A stretch of 64,000 nt of DNA from assembly GCA_050084985.1 (NCBI GenBank), contig JBITNC010000001.1, positions 125,612,001-125,676,000 on the forward strand, given 5' to 3'. The notes below the pieces were generated by a model. It saw only the letters and a list, made by a program, of their open reading frames with translations. It was not told where the DNA came from and searched no databases. Position numbers and translations under genes: made by a program. Below, piece by piece: positions 1-13,700 of the stretch. Source of the stretch: Nageia nagi (Eukaryota; Plantae; Pinophyta). The stretch's first letter is position 1; every line of letters begins with the position of its first letter.

Positions 1-248
1 AAAGGGAGAATTTACTTAGTCCAAAAAATGCTCTAAAGATTTCAAAGTTCTTAAATTCTTGGTCAAGTTCTTATTCTCATCATACTAGTTTGAATAGGGA
101 TACCTTATTCAATTTGAGATTCTCCCTTTATGAGGTTCTAATCATTTTCCTATTCTAGCCACAATAGAGATGCATAATAGAAGATGAGGGTCCCCTTTCA
201 AATTCAAACGTATGTGGCTCCAACATGATTCTTTCTACGACTCAATTA
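1..248 (+). mobile_element. Decayed L1-type LINE fragment (end of the APE endonuclease domain), cut by a Copia insertion
   Basis: Translates as GSNHFPIL (SDHxP-like) then PFKFKRMWLQHDSFYDSI, the typical plant LINE post-endonuclease motif. Stops abruptly at the TG at 249. Confidence 0.75.
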
Positions 249-682
249 TGTTAAGAATGAAGCCTTATTTGTATGGTAATGCATGGTGCAAACTTTTGGG
301 GTCTATTTTTAGTAACTTCTATTTTTGTAGTGACTTTTATTTTTGCATAGAATTGGATGTTTCTATAAGTAGTAAAATTCTTAACCCTAAAATAACTCTG
401 GTAAGGAGTAGGAAAATTAACATGTAATGAACCTATAAATTGATGTATAATTCATTATAAAGTTTATTGAAAGAACAATAAATTTTGAGAGATTGATGTA
501 AGAGAGAATTATTAAGAAAGGACTAAAATATTCTCCATGGATGTATCCTACACTACATGAACCATGTTACATACTATGTTTTCTATTTTATGAAATTGCT
601 TTGTTATTTTATTAGAGTTTTCTCCTACAATTAGTAAGAACAAAATTGTTTAAATTTTATAGAAAAATATTAGATCCTAAAA
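249..682 (+). repeat. 5' LTR of Copia A
   Basis: Starts TGTTAAG, has TATA-like ctataaat near 433-440, and is followed by the PBS-like tggtattatag at 685-695. Confidence 0.7.
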
Positions 683-684
683 AT

Positions 685-695
685 TGGTATTATAG
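685..695 (+). promoter_or_regulatory. Degenerate tRNA-iMet primer-binding site of Copia A
   Basis: tggtattatag versus canonical tggtatcagag, located between the LTR and gag. Confidence 0.65.
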
Positions 696-962
696 ATTTA
701 TTTTTTGTTAGGAATTTGATAGAAAAAGGAAAAGAGTTTCAAGATCAAGTCAAAGTAATGACAAAAAAGAAAATTTTAGAGTGGAGAAATTCAATATCTA
801 GAATTTTTAGATGTAGAAATTGTAGATGAAGGATTACCTTTATTAGAAGGATTTGTATGTACCTCTAGAGGATAAAGAAAAGAAGCCATCAACTATGTCA
901 AATGAAGAATGGAATCTTCTTAACATAAAGGCACTTTGAATGGTGAGGTTATGCATATGTAT

Positions 963-3900
963 TTTTACCACCTAAAATATTTCAAATTTAAAATTTTAAT
1001 AAAATGGAGTTCCATAACACCTATAATCGAGTCTAAATAAAAAAATCTTGAAATTTTACATTTTTTGAAGTCTTTTTACCTTGGTTAGATCTGATAAATC
1101 CTTGAAAATATCATCTTCTTTAATCTGATTAACTATTTTCAAAGCACTATTATTCCTTTGGTCAAATTGATGCATAGCTCAACATTTTCATTTTCAATGC
1201 CTATGATCTGACCATATGATTTCTCTTAATCAGATCTAACCAATCTTCAACCTAATACCAAAACTTGTTTATCATTATTTCCTTCCATCTGACTAACTAT
1301 TTTCCCCATGGTAAGATTCATCAAGTCATTAACAAATAATTATGTTCTTTTTCATTAGTATCCTTAATTTAACTAATCAATTTTCTTTAATTGGATCAAA
1401 CCCCCTAATGATCCTTCAATAATAGTTCATTTTCAATCCTCTCTGTACAACCAACACCTAGTGAATTCCAAGTTTCTTGTTAGTTAGATCGAGGTGATAA
1501 ATAATGATCATCCTAATCTTATTATCATCAATGAGCTTAACATGACCAATGTCACCTCTTAGTGAGATCAAATGACTCATTGATGATAAATTTGATTAGC
1601 TTATAATTACCTTCAGTTACTTGACTAACACATTGAGTTTAGAACTCAATGTGTGTACACTAACCAATTAGATCCATTCATTAGAAGATGTGTGTTCCAT
1701 CTGATCATTGATATGTATCATTTTCATATCACACTCTCATATAAATATAATACCCCAAATTAATAACATTGTAGCAGGTTATATTGAAGTTGAAGATGAG
1801 ATGAGAGAGGTCTCTAAGCTTTCCAACAAAGTGTTGATAAAATTTCAACTCACTCAACCTTAGTTTGTATCTCACCAATTTGAAGATAAAACACCTAATT
1901 GAAACCAATTGGATCCATAATGTTGATAATGATAAATATGGCCAAAACTCCCCTTCTACCTCATCTAAATCTGATTAACAAGGTTATAATTATACATGCT
2001 AAGGAAAAATAAGAGGAAGATGAGAGCAATAATGAAGAAGCAGAAAGGTAAATTTTTCTAAGTCATGATAGGTTAGATCCAAGGCATTGTCAATTAAAAA
2101 TACATGAGGAAGAGTTATAATGGTTTTGGTATGAACAAAAGAAAAATGCATAATTTTTATGGGTCAAATTGAAGTGAGCATTGAAAAAAAAAACAAGCCA
2201 AGTCATTGGTCTTTCCAACCTAAAATAAAAGGAGTTCAAACAACATGTGGTCAGATTGATGAAGATAATGAATAAATTTCCTAAGGTTGTTGGCTACCTT
2301 TTGGATCTAACCCAAGGTAATGATGGTAAATTTAGGAGAAAAATTAAGGATGGAGATTCAATGACAATGATGATGAGTAATTCACGATTGTAAAATCATT
2401 AATCATTTCCATACAAGAAATGAAAAAGCATGATAGGTTAGAGTGAAAGCTACAATCACATGATATAACAAGATGTAGTAGTTGACCTCCCTGACCTGAC
2501 CAAAGAAAAAAGTTACAAATATTCTAAGCTTGTAGTTGGGGATTTAATGATAATAAAAAAAAAGTACATAATAGGTCAACAAGTGTTTACACCTGACCAA
2601 GAGTAAAGTTGGTTGGGATTTTGACATTGAAGATGAGAAGCCTAAAGAAGATCATAAATCAAGATTTTGATGTGATTCACTAATGAAATATTTGAATATC
2701 AAAATATGAGATCTAACTAATACCCATATTTTGAAGGATGAGTTCCCAAAAGGAAAAAGCAACAAAGAGACTAACGAAGGCCTCTTTGATTGAGTTACAC
2801 AAAGAAAGAATCATGCCATAAGATTTTATTTTCCATGATGGATTGAAGTACATCCATGATGCAAAGTAGAGCCACAATGATACAAAGAAAATGAATGTAG
2901 ACACTGATAAGTTATCCAAAGAATAGAAGAGGAATAATGTTGTCTACTCCTTTAAACTATTCAAAGCTGCAATATTTCCTTTCATTATGCATTTCTTGGA
3001 GCTTACATTAGCAATAACTAAGTATTTATATGTGGAATATAAAAATATCAAAGACTACATCAAAAAATTTATATCTAACTTCTCCTCCCAAGGAAAAGAA
3101 GCAACTTTCAATTGGCCAAATAGAGGGATTGCATATAACAAAGAGCATTCTAAAGCTAAGTTCAACAAACTTCACAAACTAACCAATGTTGTCAAGTATT
3201 TGTTAAAACCTAAGTACCTATAATTGAACCATCAAAGCATCATGGTGGTAGATAGAGTGTGGTTTCAAGATAGCACTCATGCCTTGTTGACCTTACTATA
3301 CTAGGTCACTAGCCAAGATACAGATGCACACTTTAAGAAGGAGATTTTGGGTTTTCTCTTGAGAATTAGCAAGGGGAGAAGGATAAGATGGAGAATCATA
3401 ATTAGTGATGCTTTGATCAAATAAATCTCAACTATTTGGACCAATATCAAGTTTTACATGAATTCCAATTTGGTTTATCCTTTACTTTATGGGAAGAATA
3501 GACCAAAGGCCATTGACATCGAAGACTTTATTTAACAACCCAACATTCCTATTTATGTAAAATATCCAAAATGGAAAATTATAAACAAATGGAATGGCAT
3601 ATGAATGAGAATAAATAAATGGGAATATACTATATACAAAGAGTAGAAGGGCCCTAGTTTAATAGAAAAGATTTAAGAAGAAGCCAAGAAGGCCCTTAAG
3701 AGGTTAGATAATTTCTACCTAGAAGAGCAATATGTCTCTTATATTTAGGTGTATGGGATTGAGTTGGAACCCATAAGATTACCTAAATATGTGAGTGATG
3801 AGTTCATGATATTTGAATTCATGAGGAAATGAAAATACTAGTATGAATATTTTTTGAGGAAGAAGGTATGAATGATTAGGCTTCCCCTTTATTTGGGTTA

Positions 3901-6467
3901 TTATGCATGCAACACATGGATTGAGGTAGACACCATGGCCCTAGAAATTTATTCTTATGGCCTTGGAAAAATGAATGGAGTAAAAAATTATGATATATAT
4001 GGATTGATAGATGCATAATTCAATTCCAATTTCAAATCATCTTTTTAGCATAAGTCATTGGAAAGTATTGAGAGGTATCAAAATGTAATTTTAGATATTG
4101 AAATCCTAGATATAGCTAGGAATATTAAACATGAATAAGAGCAGGAGAAAAAAAAATAGAGAAAATAATAGAAATCCCCTCTTCCCCCTTTGATTCTAAA
4201 ATATTAAGAAGACATCCAATGTCATTATAATGTAGGGAATCTCTCAAAAAATCCTCCAACTAGGAATCTATAGATGGAATTGATCAATTTGGGATAATGA
4301 CTGATGTAAATGTTATTGATTTTTTATGGAGTGCTTTAAAGCTTGAAGAGTCCCTATATGATGGGGTTATAAAAGAGGTAATACAAGAATTGGAGGAAAC
4401 CTTTAACTAAGAAGATCTAATCAAGAAGCACATTATGGTGAAGGGGAGGTAGATAAGCCTCAAGATATGAAAGTCTCTATATCTGAGGAATCTAGAGAAG
4501 AATAAGAAGAGGAGGATGATGAAGCAAGAAACAAAGATCAGGGAGCTCAAGAAAATCATCTTCAATAAGTAGAATCTAAGATAAGAACCAAATTAATGAT
4601 GATGATGGCATGGATGTAGGTGGTAGTGATGATGATGGGATACCCTAAAGGCCTTCCAAATTGCTTCAAAATTTCCCAAGTATTGATTCTAATAGGTAGT
4701 CAAATCTCAATGAAGAAGATATATAGTAAAAATAATAAACCCAAAGATGTAGATGACCTCAAGATTCACACTAAAAAGTATTAAATTAGAACAATAGATG
4801 AATATGGAACTTCTTATATGGGGAAATTAGCTATATATCACATGTAAAAATTGGTGAAGCAATATAAATAGAATATCAAAGAATTGGAGGGGAAATTAAG
4901 AGAAGAAAAATACAAATGCAAGAATTGTGAGTCCTTGAAATCAAATAAAAAATATTTTGAAGGTTAAATATTATAAGGGGGATTCTTTCACCAAGAAGTC
5001 TCAATAACTCATTTCATAACTACTTAATACATTGGATAATGCATACAACGTATTCACTTGTTTTCATACATAAGAAAAGAATTAAAATATATGGAAAAGA
5101 ATATAATGGTGATGAAGGTGATGTGGAAAGCATATTTGTAGTTCATTTTTATTTCAAAAAAGCATTGGGGTCTAATAACAATCACCTAAATGAGGGTATG
5201 TGATAAATTCTTCTTTTATCTTAGGTATTTTCCAACAACATAGAAGAAATATAAATGGATGTTATCAAAATTTAGAGTGATATATGAAAAGTTTAAGGTC
5301 ATACTATAAACCATGGGTATATATTCCTTTGAAGGAGGAGAAATCATAGAAAAGACACATTTGCAGGCTAATTTCAAAGGGATTATGGAAGCTCAGTTAA
5401 TGACTAGTGATTTAAAATCCATACAAGACCAAATCATTATGCTATCACATGATGGCTTAGTCATTTTTGAATTCAGACTACAAGATTTGATAGATAAAAT
5501 CCAAAAGCTAGATGAAGAAACAATTATGGATGCTAATGGCTTGAAGTTACATGTATGCAAATTGACCAAGTTTCTAAGAAAGGACCTACAAAAAGGCTAC
5601 CAAAATTATTGAATAGTAACTAAATTTTCACCCATGTTTCACCCCTTAGATAGGGTTAATTTGTAATTCAGAAAAAACTAAATGTGTTAGTTGTTGTGTT
5701 GGATTCCCATGCCATTTATCACTCCTTGTATAGGGTAAATAGTTTGCATGGCATAAGGAGGATACATGGAGAGAAATAAAAGAGATTTAATTTGAAGAAA
5801 ATGAAAAATAATTGTAATTAGTTTGATGTTAGTTAATATTTAGTTATCGCTTTATGGTTAGTTAGGGAATCTAAAGAGTCTTATAAAGTTGAGGAGATAT
5901 TTTTTTAATTGAAATAAGGTAGTTGAATAGTCAGGTCTTTCACTTTTGTAAGAAATGATTATATTTTTTAAGATTGAATATTAATAAGAAGACTTGATTT
6001 CTCTTATATTGTAATTTTGTTACTATTATTATTATATAATGATTTATTTATCAATTTATTAGTAAACTAGTATTATATATTATTGTAATAACCTTTTACA
6101 AATTTTACAAGCTTCATAGCAATATTTATGATTGATAATGAAGACCAATACCAATGAATGGATACTATTTTTTCTATTAGATTGATAGGATAGATTTTTT
6201 CACTTTGTTTTTAAGCTAATATCTAAAAACATTCTTACTTTTTTAATTTCAAGAAAGCATTGTAGCTGAAGTTGAATAAAAAGATTCTTTACTAGATAAT
6301 CAGTAAAAAGGAAGAGTTTTACAATTAAGAACTACTACAAGAATCAGTTGGATCTAAGCTAGTTGAAAACAAAGACTAAAGCATATTAAGGATCCCATCA
6401 TTAAAAAAGGAGGATTCCATAATCCCTTATTATCCTCTCTTTTTCCTATAAGAAAAGGTGGTTAGCA
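963..6467 (+). repeat. 5' LTR (~5.5 kb) of the Tat-type element
   Basis: Begins t(t)ttaccacctaaaat, ends aaggtggttagca, is colinear with 28813-32896 and is followed directly by the PBS. Confidence 0.88.
2800..5612 (+). pseudogene. Decayed extra ORF (about 900-1000 codons, unknown function) inside the 5' LTR; start uncertain
   Basis: Long reading-frame stretches broken mainly by single stops (KLFKAAIFP..RIRWRIIISDAL..KFYMNSNLVY..EPIRLPKYVSDEFMIFEFMR), then an acidic region and a coiled-coil-like C-terminus (ORF 5313-5612). Confidence 0.75.
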
Positions 6468-6471
6468 AAAT

Positions 6472-6489
6472 TGGTGACTCCATTGGGGA
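6472..6489 (+). promoter_or_regulatory. tRNA-Arg primer-binding site
   Basis: tggtgactccattgggga equals TGGCGACTCCACTGGGGA (complement of the plant tRNA-Arg 3' end, typical of Ogre/Tat) with two C>T changes. Confidence 0.85.
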
Positions 6490-7864
6490 AGCAATTTTTA
6501 TTTTGAAGAAATTTGGCTAACTAAGTGAAGTTAGTCTGGTGACACTAAGTTAGTCACTTAGGAAAAAATATTTTGGGTACAACCTCAATTATAAATTGCT
6601 CTTTTATTTGAAAAGAGAAACTTAGGATTAGTTGGGAAAAAAAATATTGATATGAAATTTCATGGAAAATCCTAATTTCAAAGGAAGAATCCTTCCAAGA
6701 ACTCGAGTCCAAGAAATTATTTAATATAAAATATTATTTTTCAATTAGTCTTTTCTTGATTCATTATCCATAACTTGAAGTTAAATTGTTAGAAGGGCTC
6801 AAGATAGACATCTTCTACTAGTGGAATAGTTCAAAAACCAAACCTATAGAAAAATTTCCTTTTAAGGTTATTTAGAAGTGAAGTTAGATAAAAAAATAAT
6901 CATGCAATTATTCAAGGTAGAAAGACCTTTTGATGAAGATATTGGTGGACATAGTGAATCAAAAAATGAGTTTGAGGTTGAAGATATTGTAGATTTAAGA
7001 ATCAAATTCTTGATACCAATTAAGGAGAATCTAGTTCAATTATCTTCTCTATAAATAATATTGTTTGGAGCAAACAACTTGAGCCTTGCTTATGAAAAAG
7101 TGATTGCATCAAAAGTTGTGACTAGTCTCATTGATATAGAAAAAGAAGAACTTAAAAAAAGAAGTAATGAAAGGAATTTTTCCATTGAAGAATAGATTTA
7201 TACTCAACTAATAAGAAGAGATATATACCTTTTTAAAATCCATTGAGAGGTTGTGTTACTAATAACTAAGAACAAGAAACTAGTGGAGTAGGACTTTGTT
7301 AAAGAAAATTTCAATGAAGGAGGTTATCTTTTAAATAATGACTTAGAATCAGAATAAGAATTTATCAAGCAAAAATATGATTTTCTACTACCTATGAAAT
7401 ACCACTTCATTCCATATGAGCCTATTTTGAAGAAAATTAAAAGTTATCCTGATTTGATAGGTCTATGTATCATCACTTTTAACAAGTTGGTAAGCCCATT
7501 TGGACATAGGAAAAGGAGCACTAAACAAGTAGATAATTGGAGTTGGAATATAGGTAAAAGGAAAAAAAGGAAATAGGGCTAAATAAATATTTTCATTCAA
7601 GAAATTGAAAATCTTGAACCTTTACAAAGCCAACCTAACTATTTTAAAATCCCTACACTGATTCACACAACACCTATTTATACCTATACTCAAAATATGC
7701 AAGGAGATAGATCTCTTGGTGGTGGTAATAGTGGAGTTCAAAATGGTAGTGGTGCTAATTTTCCATCCTCTAGCAGTGGTTTGAGAGGTGGTGGCCATGG
7801 TGGAGATCTATATGGTAGTGGAAATAGAATCCTTAGTGGTGGAACTACAAGGCCATGGCTAAAC

Positions 7865-8362
7865 TGAGAGAGTTGCACTATAAACTAAATAACTCTAAAC
7901 TCCTAAGATCACATAAAATCTCACAATTCACATATAACAAACTCACAAAGCAATCTCATATAGATAACACTAGATGTAAGTGGTTTTTTCAACTAGGAGT
8001 ACATCCACTAATTAGATCTCTCTTAATCTCAAAAATGAACTCTTACAATTCTCTTAATCTCATCTACTAAACACTATCCTATAGCATAACTTTATTCTTC
8101 AAATTGGTGTATGATCTAAAGAGGGAGCCTCCTATGTATAGGCCAAAATCCCTCTTTGGATCACCCTTTTACCCAATGTACAAAAGCATGACATGCACAT
8201 CCTTTTACCCAAGGGGCATGCTCATGACATGGAGTGTAGGACAAGTAACATTATCATATTCGTTTAAATACTTAAGGTATCAAATGACATCTTTAAGTAT
8301 TAGTGAACTTACATAGAATATTATTACAAAACCTTTACAATAATGCATTATACATTCCAACA
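7865..8362 (-). repeat. 3' LTR of Copia B
   Basis: ~498-bp direct repeat of 21453-21951, with the PPT (minus strand aagggggag) adjacent. Confidence 0.92.
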
Positions 8363-8472
8363 CTCCCCCTTAATGCAATATTGGAATAGAGCAAATAATA
8401 GAGAAGGAAGAGAGAAAATAAGAGAGTTCTCCTCCAAATAGATACAATGGAGATGAAAAATTTTTACATATT

Positions 8473-9305
8473 TGTTTACAAATAAAATTGAGCGTGCAAA
8501 TAAGTAGATAAAAAAATATCTACAAACTCAATATTATCTATATTTGAGCTACGGATAGCAATTTATTCTAGATAACAATAAACAAAATAACCAATTCAGA
8601 AGTGTAATTGTACCAACCAAGACTGTAATTTGTGTACTTACCTCATGAAATGTACCTGACAATGAAAGATGCAGATATTGGCAATGTACTGATGATGAGA
8701 TGCCTTTCCAACAACGTCATGACCTGCGAGGATGCAAAAAGAGGACCGTGGGTGGTCTGTTTCAATGATATAAGAGCACTGGTGGTGTTCTTCCATTCAC
8801 AAAGGAGAATTGATGGCCTTCATTTGATAGTTTTGACCTCTCGATTAAGTCTAGAACTTCAATATAGATGTCTCAGATAGCAGTATGATAGCAGAATAGA
8901 TCGTAGATGTCAGAATAGCTCGTGTAAGGAAGCACACAAACCACAACCTTATAGGCAGTACCAAGAGATACCTTAAGGGGTAGCCACTTACAAGATCATA
9001 CGCGGGATCATCTGTATCCTCATTATTATGGACTTACTATTAGATCCCTTATTTATATAGAGAATAAATAATACCGCCCATGGGTCGGTGTGCATCCACA
9101 TAAATAAGGCTAATTCACAAGATTCAAGATAAACACACCAATAAACAAGATAATCCATGCAATATTCAAGATAATCATTATAAAATTCATATTCAAGACA
9201 AACATTGACATTATCACTTTAATACATTCAAGAAATATATTTAGGCCAAGCATATCTCATTAATTTATTGATTTAAAAATATAAATTCATTTTTATATGT
9301 TAACA
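8473..9305 (-). repeat. 3' LTR of the inner Gypsy element
   Basis: tgtttacaaa...gttaaca, 833 bp, repeat of 16651-17510. Confidence 0.95.
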
Positions 9306-9773
9306 GATGCCCCACTTTGGATGTGAAATCGAAAGAAACATGAGGTGACTTGAGATTTTGCATTCAAAGTAAAAACACAATATCATAGCAAATAATTTTG
9401 ATAAGCAATGATAAACATTAACCATTCTAAACTTAAACAACATCATGATAAAGCTTATTAGTACTAGATATAGGTTGAGAAAACTCCCTTTTGATATTAC
9501 CTTGGGCATGCTTGCCCCTTGCATTTTATTGTAGAGGATGATAGCCTGATATATCTGATCATCTAATAAGTTGATAATCTTGCTGCAATACTGATGACCC
9601 ATGACAACAAACTTGACAACACACATGATAATGACCGGACAGACGACTTGACCACACATGTCGATCGAACGACAACCTGACAAGACCACATCACAAGACA
9701 AACATGACAACACATGACAACACACATGACCAACTCACAAGACAAGACATGATAACCATAACCAAACACAGGG

Positions 9774-10155
9774 GAGAGCTAAGTTCCACACAACCGAGCC
9801 TTCGCACCAAGAGGTGTACTACAGTTGCATAAGAACTGAACTTTGCAAAATAAGTGATGAGCTAATACATGAGAGCTAAGTTCCACACAACTGAGCCTTC
9901 GCACCAAGAGGTGTACTATAGTTGCATAAGAACTGAACTCCACAAAACAATGATAAGCTGATATGTGAGAGCTAAGTTCCACATAACTGAGCCTTCGCAC
10001 CAAGAGGTGTGCTGCAGTTGCATAAGAATCGAACTCTACAAAATAAGTGATAAGCTGATACATGAGAGCTAAGTTCCACACAACTGAGCCTTTGCACCAA
10101 GAGGTGTACTGCAGTTGCATAAGAATCAAACTCCATAAAACAAGTGATAAGTTGA
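9774..10155. repeat. Tandem array, about 4 copies of a 96-97-bp unit, in the 3' region of the inner Gypsy
   Basis: aagttccaca recurs at 9781, 9878, 9974 and 10071. Confidence 0.92.
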
Positions 10156-10178
10156 TGGGGCTGACACTCCACCAAGAG

Positions 10179-10440
10179 GCATGATAAGCTGATAATGGGA
10201 GTTGGACTCCACTCATAAGCATGATAAGCTGATAATGGGAGCTGGGACTCCACTCATAGGCATGATAAACTGATAACGGGAGCTGGAACTCCACTCATAA
10301 GCTTGACAAGCTAATATCGGGAGCTAGAACTCCACTCATAAGCATGATAAGCTAATTATGGGAGCTGGAACTCCACTCATAGGCATGACAAACTGATAAT
10401 GGGAGTTGGAACTCCACCCATAGACATGGTAAGTTGATAA
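10179..10440. repeat. Tandem array, about 6.5 copies of a 40-41-bp unit
   Basis: Unit gcatgataagctgataatgggagctggaactccactcata(a/g). Confidence 0.92.
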
Positions 10441-10707
10441 TTTAGGTCTATAAACATGAAACTCAAAGCAATATTCTCTTGGATATAATCTTGTTCAAAC
10501 ACCTGTGATGCACCCATGATACTTAGATAAGCTAATTTTATGGATAAAGGAACGTAGACGGTCCATTCTTAATGGATATGGAGCGTAGGCGCTCCTTTTC
10601 TACCCTCAAACTGACTCTCTAGTTTACTTCTATGATGTCTGCTCGCATGATCATTCCTTTAGTATACTTTGATACCATCCAGATGCCCATATTGACTTGC
10701 AGGCTGC

Positions 10708-13700
10708 CTAAATGTAATACTTCTTCAAATGCCTAGCATTAATGGGATTCTTGAGAATCTCCCCATCCAATGTAGACAACCTGTAGGCACCTCTACCAAA
10801 TACTTCTGTAATAAGGTATGGTCCCACCCAATTGGGCTCAAACTTTCCCTTAAGCTCATCTTTGGCTGTAGTATTGGAAATATTCTCCTGCAAGACCATA
10901 TCTCCAACCTCAAAATCCTTAGGGAATACTCTCTTGCCATATGATCTCTTAATCCTCTACTGATATGCTCTGAGGTGTTCTAATGCAGTGATTCTCTTTT
11001 CATCTAGTGCTTCAAGTTGATTCACTCTTGCCTCCAAATATTGTGGTTCCTTCATCACATCCTTGAGTGCAATTCTCAATGATGGGATCTTAATCTCAAG
11101 AGGAATAACTGCTTCATCTCCAAACACAAGAGAATATGGGGTGGCACCTATTGCTATCCTTTCACTTGTCCTATATGCCCATAAAGCATAAGGTAATTGC
11201 TCATGCCAATCTCTCCCATTCTTCTTGATATTCTTAGCCAATATCCCTTTGATCATCTTATTTGTAGCCTCTGGTTGCCCATTACCTTGGGGGTAGTAAA
11301 CTAAAGAAAATCTCTGCTCAATCTTCATTTTCTGGCAAAATTCTTTGATATCCTTACCTGTGAAATTAGTCCCATTATCCATAATCAATCTTTGTGGTAC
11401 ACCAAACCTACAAATGATGTATTCCTTGATGAACTTGATCACATGTTTCTGTGTAGCCATTTTTAAAGGGATAGCCTCAACCCATTTTGTATAATATTCT
11501 GTAGCAACTAAGATAAACTTATGCCCCTCATTGGATGGTGGGTTAATAACTCCCATGAAATCCATAGCCCACATAGAGAAAGGCCATGGTGATGTAACAT
11601 AATTCAATTCCTGAGTTGGCGTAAGCTCAAGGTGTGCATGCCTTTGACATTGTTCACATTTCTTAACATGCTCAAAGCAGTCATGCTCCATGGTAAACCA
11701 CCAATAACCCATCCTGATCATCTTGCCAAAAACTGATCTCCCATTAAAATGCCCTCCACATGCCCCCCCATGGGCATGTTCTAATATTGTTGCAATTTCC
11801 TCAGTAAGAAGGCACCTTAAAAGAATACCATTAAATGACCTTTTGTAAAGCACATTATCAATGATAACATACCTAGTTGCAAGCCTCTTGATTCTAATTT
11901 GCTCTCGCTTATCAAAAGTAGTATTAATAAAATCATCCTTCAAATATCTATAGATATGTTGGTACCACGGACTCTCCTCATACCCAACTCTTTGAATCAC
12001 ACATATTTCACTTTCTTCAATAGTGGATGAAGTTTCTAAGTTTCTGATGGTGAAGCTAGCTTCTTTGTTCTCAACTTCTAATGGTATAAGCGATGTCACG
12101 CTTGCCATTGCGTCTGCCAGTCTGTTGCTACTCCTTGGAACACTTTCCAATTGATATCCTTTGAAATGTGTGAGTAACTTGATAACATAATCCCTATAAG
12201 GGATAAGCTTTTCATCCTTAGTCTTGTAAACCTCGTTGACCTATTTGACTATTAGTTGTGAATCTCCATAAATATGTATTCGTGAAATACCAATTTCTAT
12301 AGCTACCTTCAAGCCCAATATAAGAGCTTCATATTCTGCCATATTGTTAGTGCATTCGAATGACAATTTGTAGGACATAGGAATGATGTCATTCTATGGG
12401 GATATTAACACAATTCCTGCTCCTGACCCATGCATACACTTGGACCCATCAAAGTATAACTTCCAGGGTTCAGATTCATTTGAAAACGGAGCATCGGTGG
12501 TCCTATCATGGTCATAAATAGACCGTGAGTGGTCCTTTTCTGTAACCTCTGCTATATCTGTTAACGCACATTCATCCTTGAATTCTTCTCTAAGCTCTGT
12601 ATTATCCCCTGTGGGGAATTCTACCATAAAATCTACGATTTCCTGTCCCTTAATTGATTTTTGCTTGACAAATCTGAGATCAAATTCTTGAAGTAACATG
12701 ACCCATTTTGCTGCTCTTCCGTTAAGGCAAGGCTTTGACATTAAGTACCTCAATGGATCTGCCTATGTAAGCACATGTGTAATGCTATTGATTAGGTAAT
12801 ACCGCAACTTTTTAGTAGCAAACACCACACATTGACATAACTTCTCAATAGGAGTGTATCTAGTCTTATAATCTTTCAATGTCCTGCTGACAAAATAGAT
12901 AGCCCTCTCTTTACCATCCTCCTCCTTCTTAGCAAGCATTACTCCGAATGCATGTTTTGTAGCTGAGACATAAAGCCAAAGGGGTTCTCCATGCCTATAT
13001 GGAGCTAACACTGGCAGGTGCGACATATATTCTTTTATCTTATCAAATGACTCCTGACATTTATTATCCCATTTGAACTCAACATCTTTTTTAAGTAGAT
13101 GAGACATAGGAGCTATCTTATCCATTAATTGGCATATAAATCTCCTAATGGCCTGTATTTTACCTTGTAAGCTCCTTGATTACTTGAGATTCATTGGAGG
13201 TGCCATTTCTATAATGGCTTTTATCTTTTTGGGATCCACTTCCACACCTCTTCTTGAGACAATATGCCCCAAGAGTTTTCCTGATGACACACCAAATACA
13301 CACTTCTGTGGCTTAACTCTTAACTTGTACTATCTCATCCTCTCAAATGCTGCTTTCAGATCTTGAACATGATCCTCTTTGTTCTTAGATTTAATCAAAA
13401 TGTCATCAACATATACCTCAACTGTCTTATGAATAAAATCATGAAACATAGCCATCATGGCTCTTTGGTATGTAGCTCCCGCATTCTTGAGACCAAACGG
13501 CATTACCTTGTAGCAAAAGTTGCCCAAGGTGTTCTAAAGGCTATTTTATGTTGATCACTCTCTTTGATTTTAATCTGATTATATCCCGAAAAGCCATCCA
13601 TAAATGACAACATTTCATATCCTGCTAAACTTTCAATGATCATATCTATGTTAGGCAATGAGAAATCATCTTTTGGACAAACTTTGTTGAGATCCCTAAA

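Noticed and set aside
8632-8880. Short ORF present in both LTRs of the inner Gypsy (also 16810-17022)
   Set aside because: Short, antisense to the element, GTG start and different stop positions in the two copies; consistent with chance.
9774-10440. Regular repeats resembling a CRISPR array, and Cys-rich ORFs at 9300-10294
   Set aside because: The units are contiguous tandem copies without unique spacers, there are no cas genes, and the context is a eukaryotic TE. The ORFs are by-products of the repeats.
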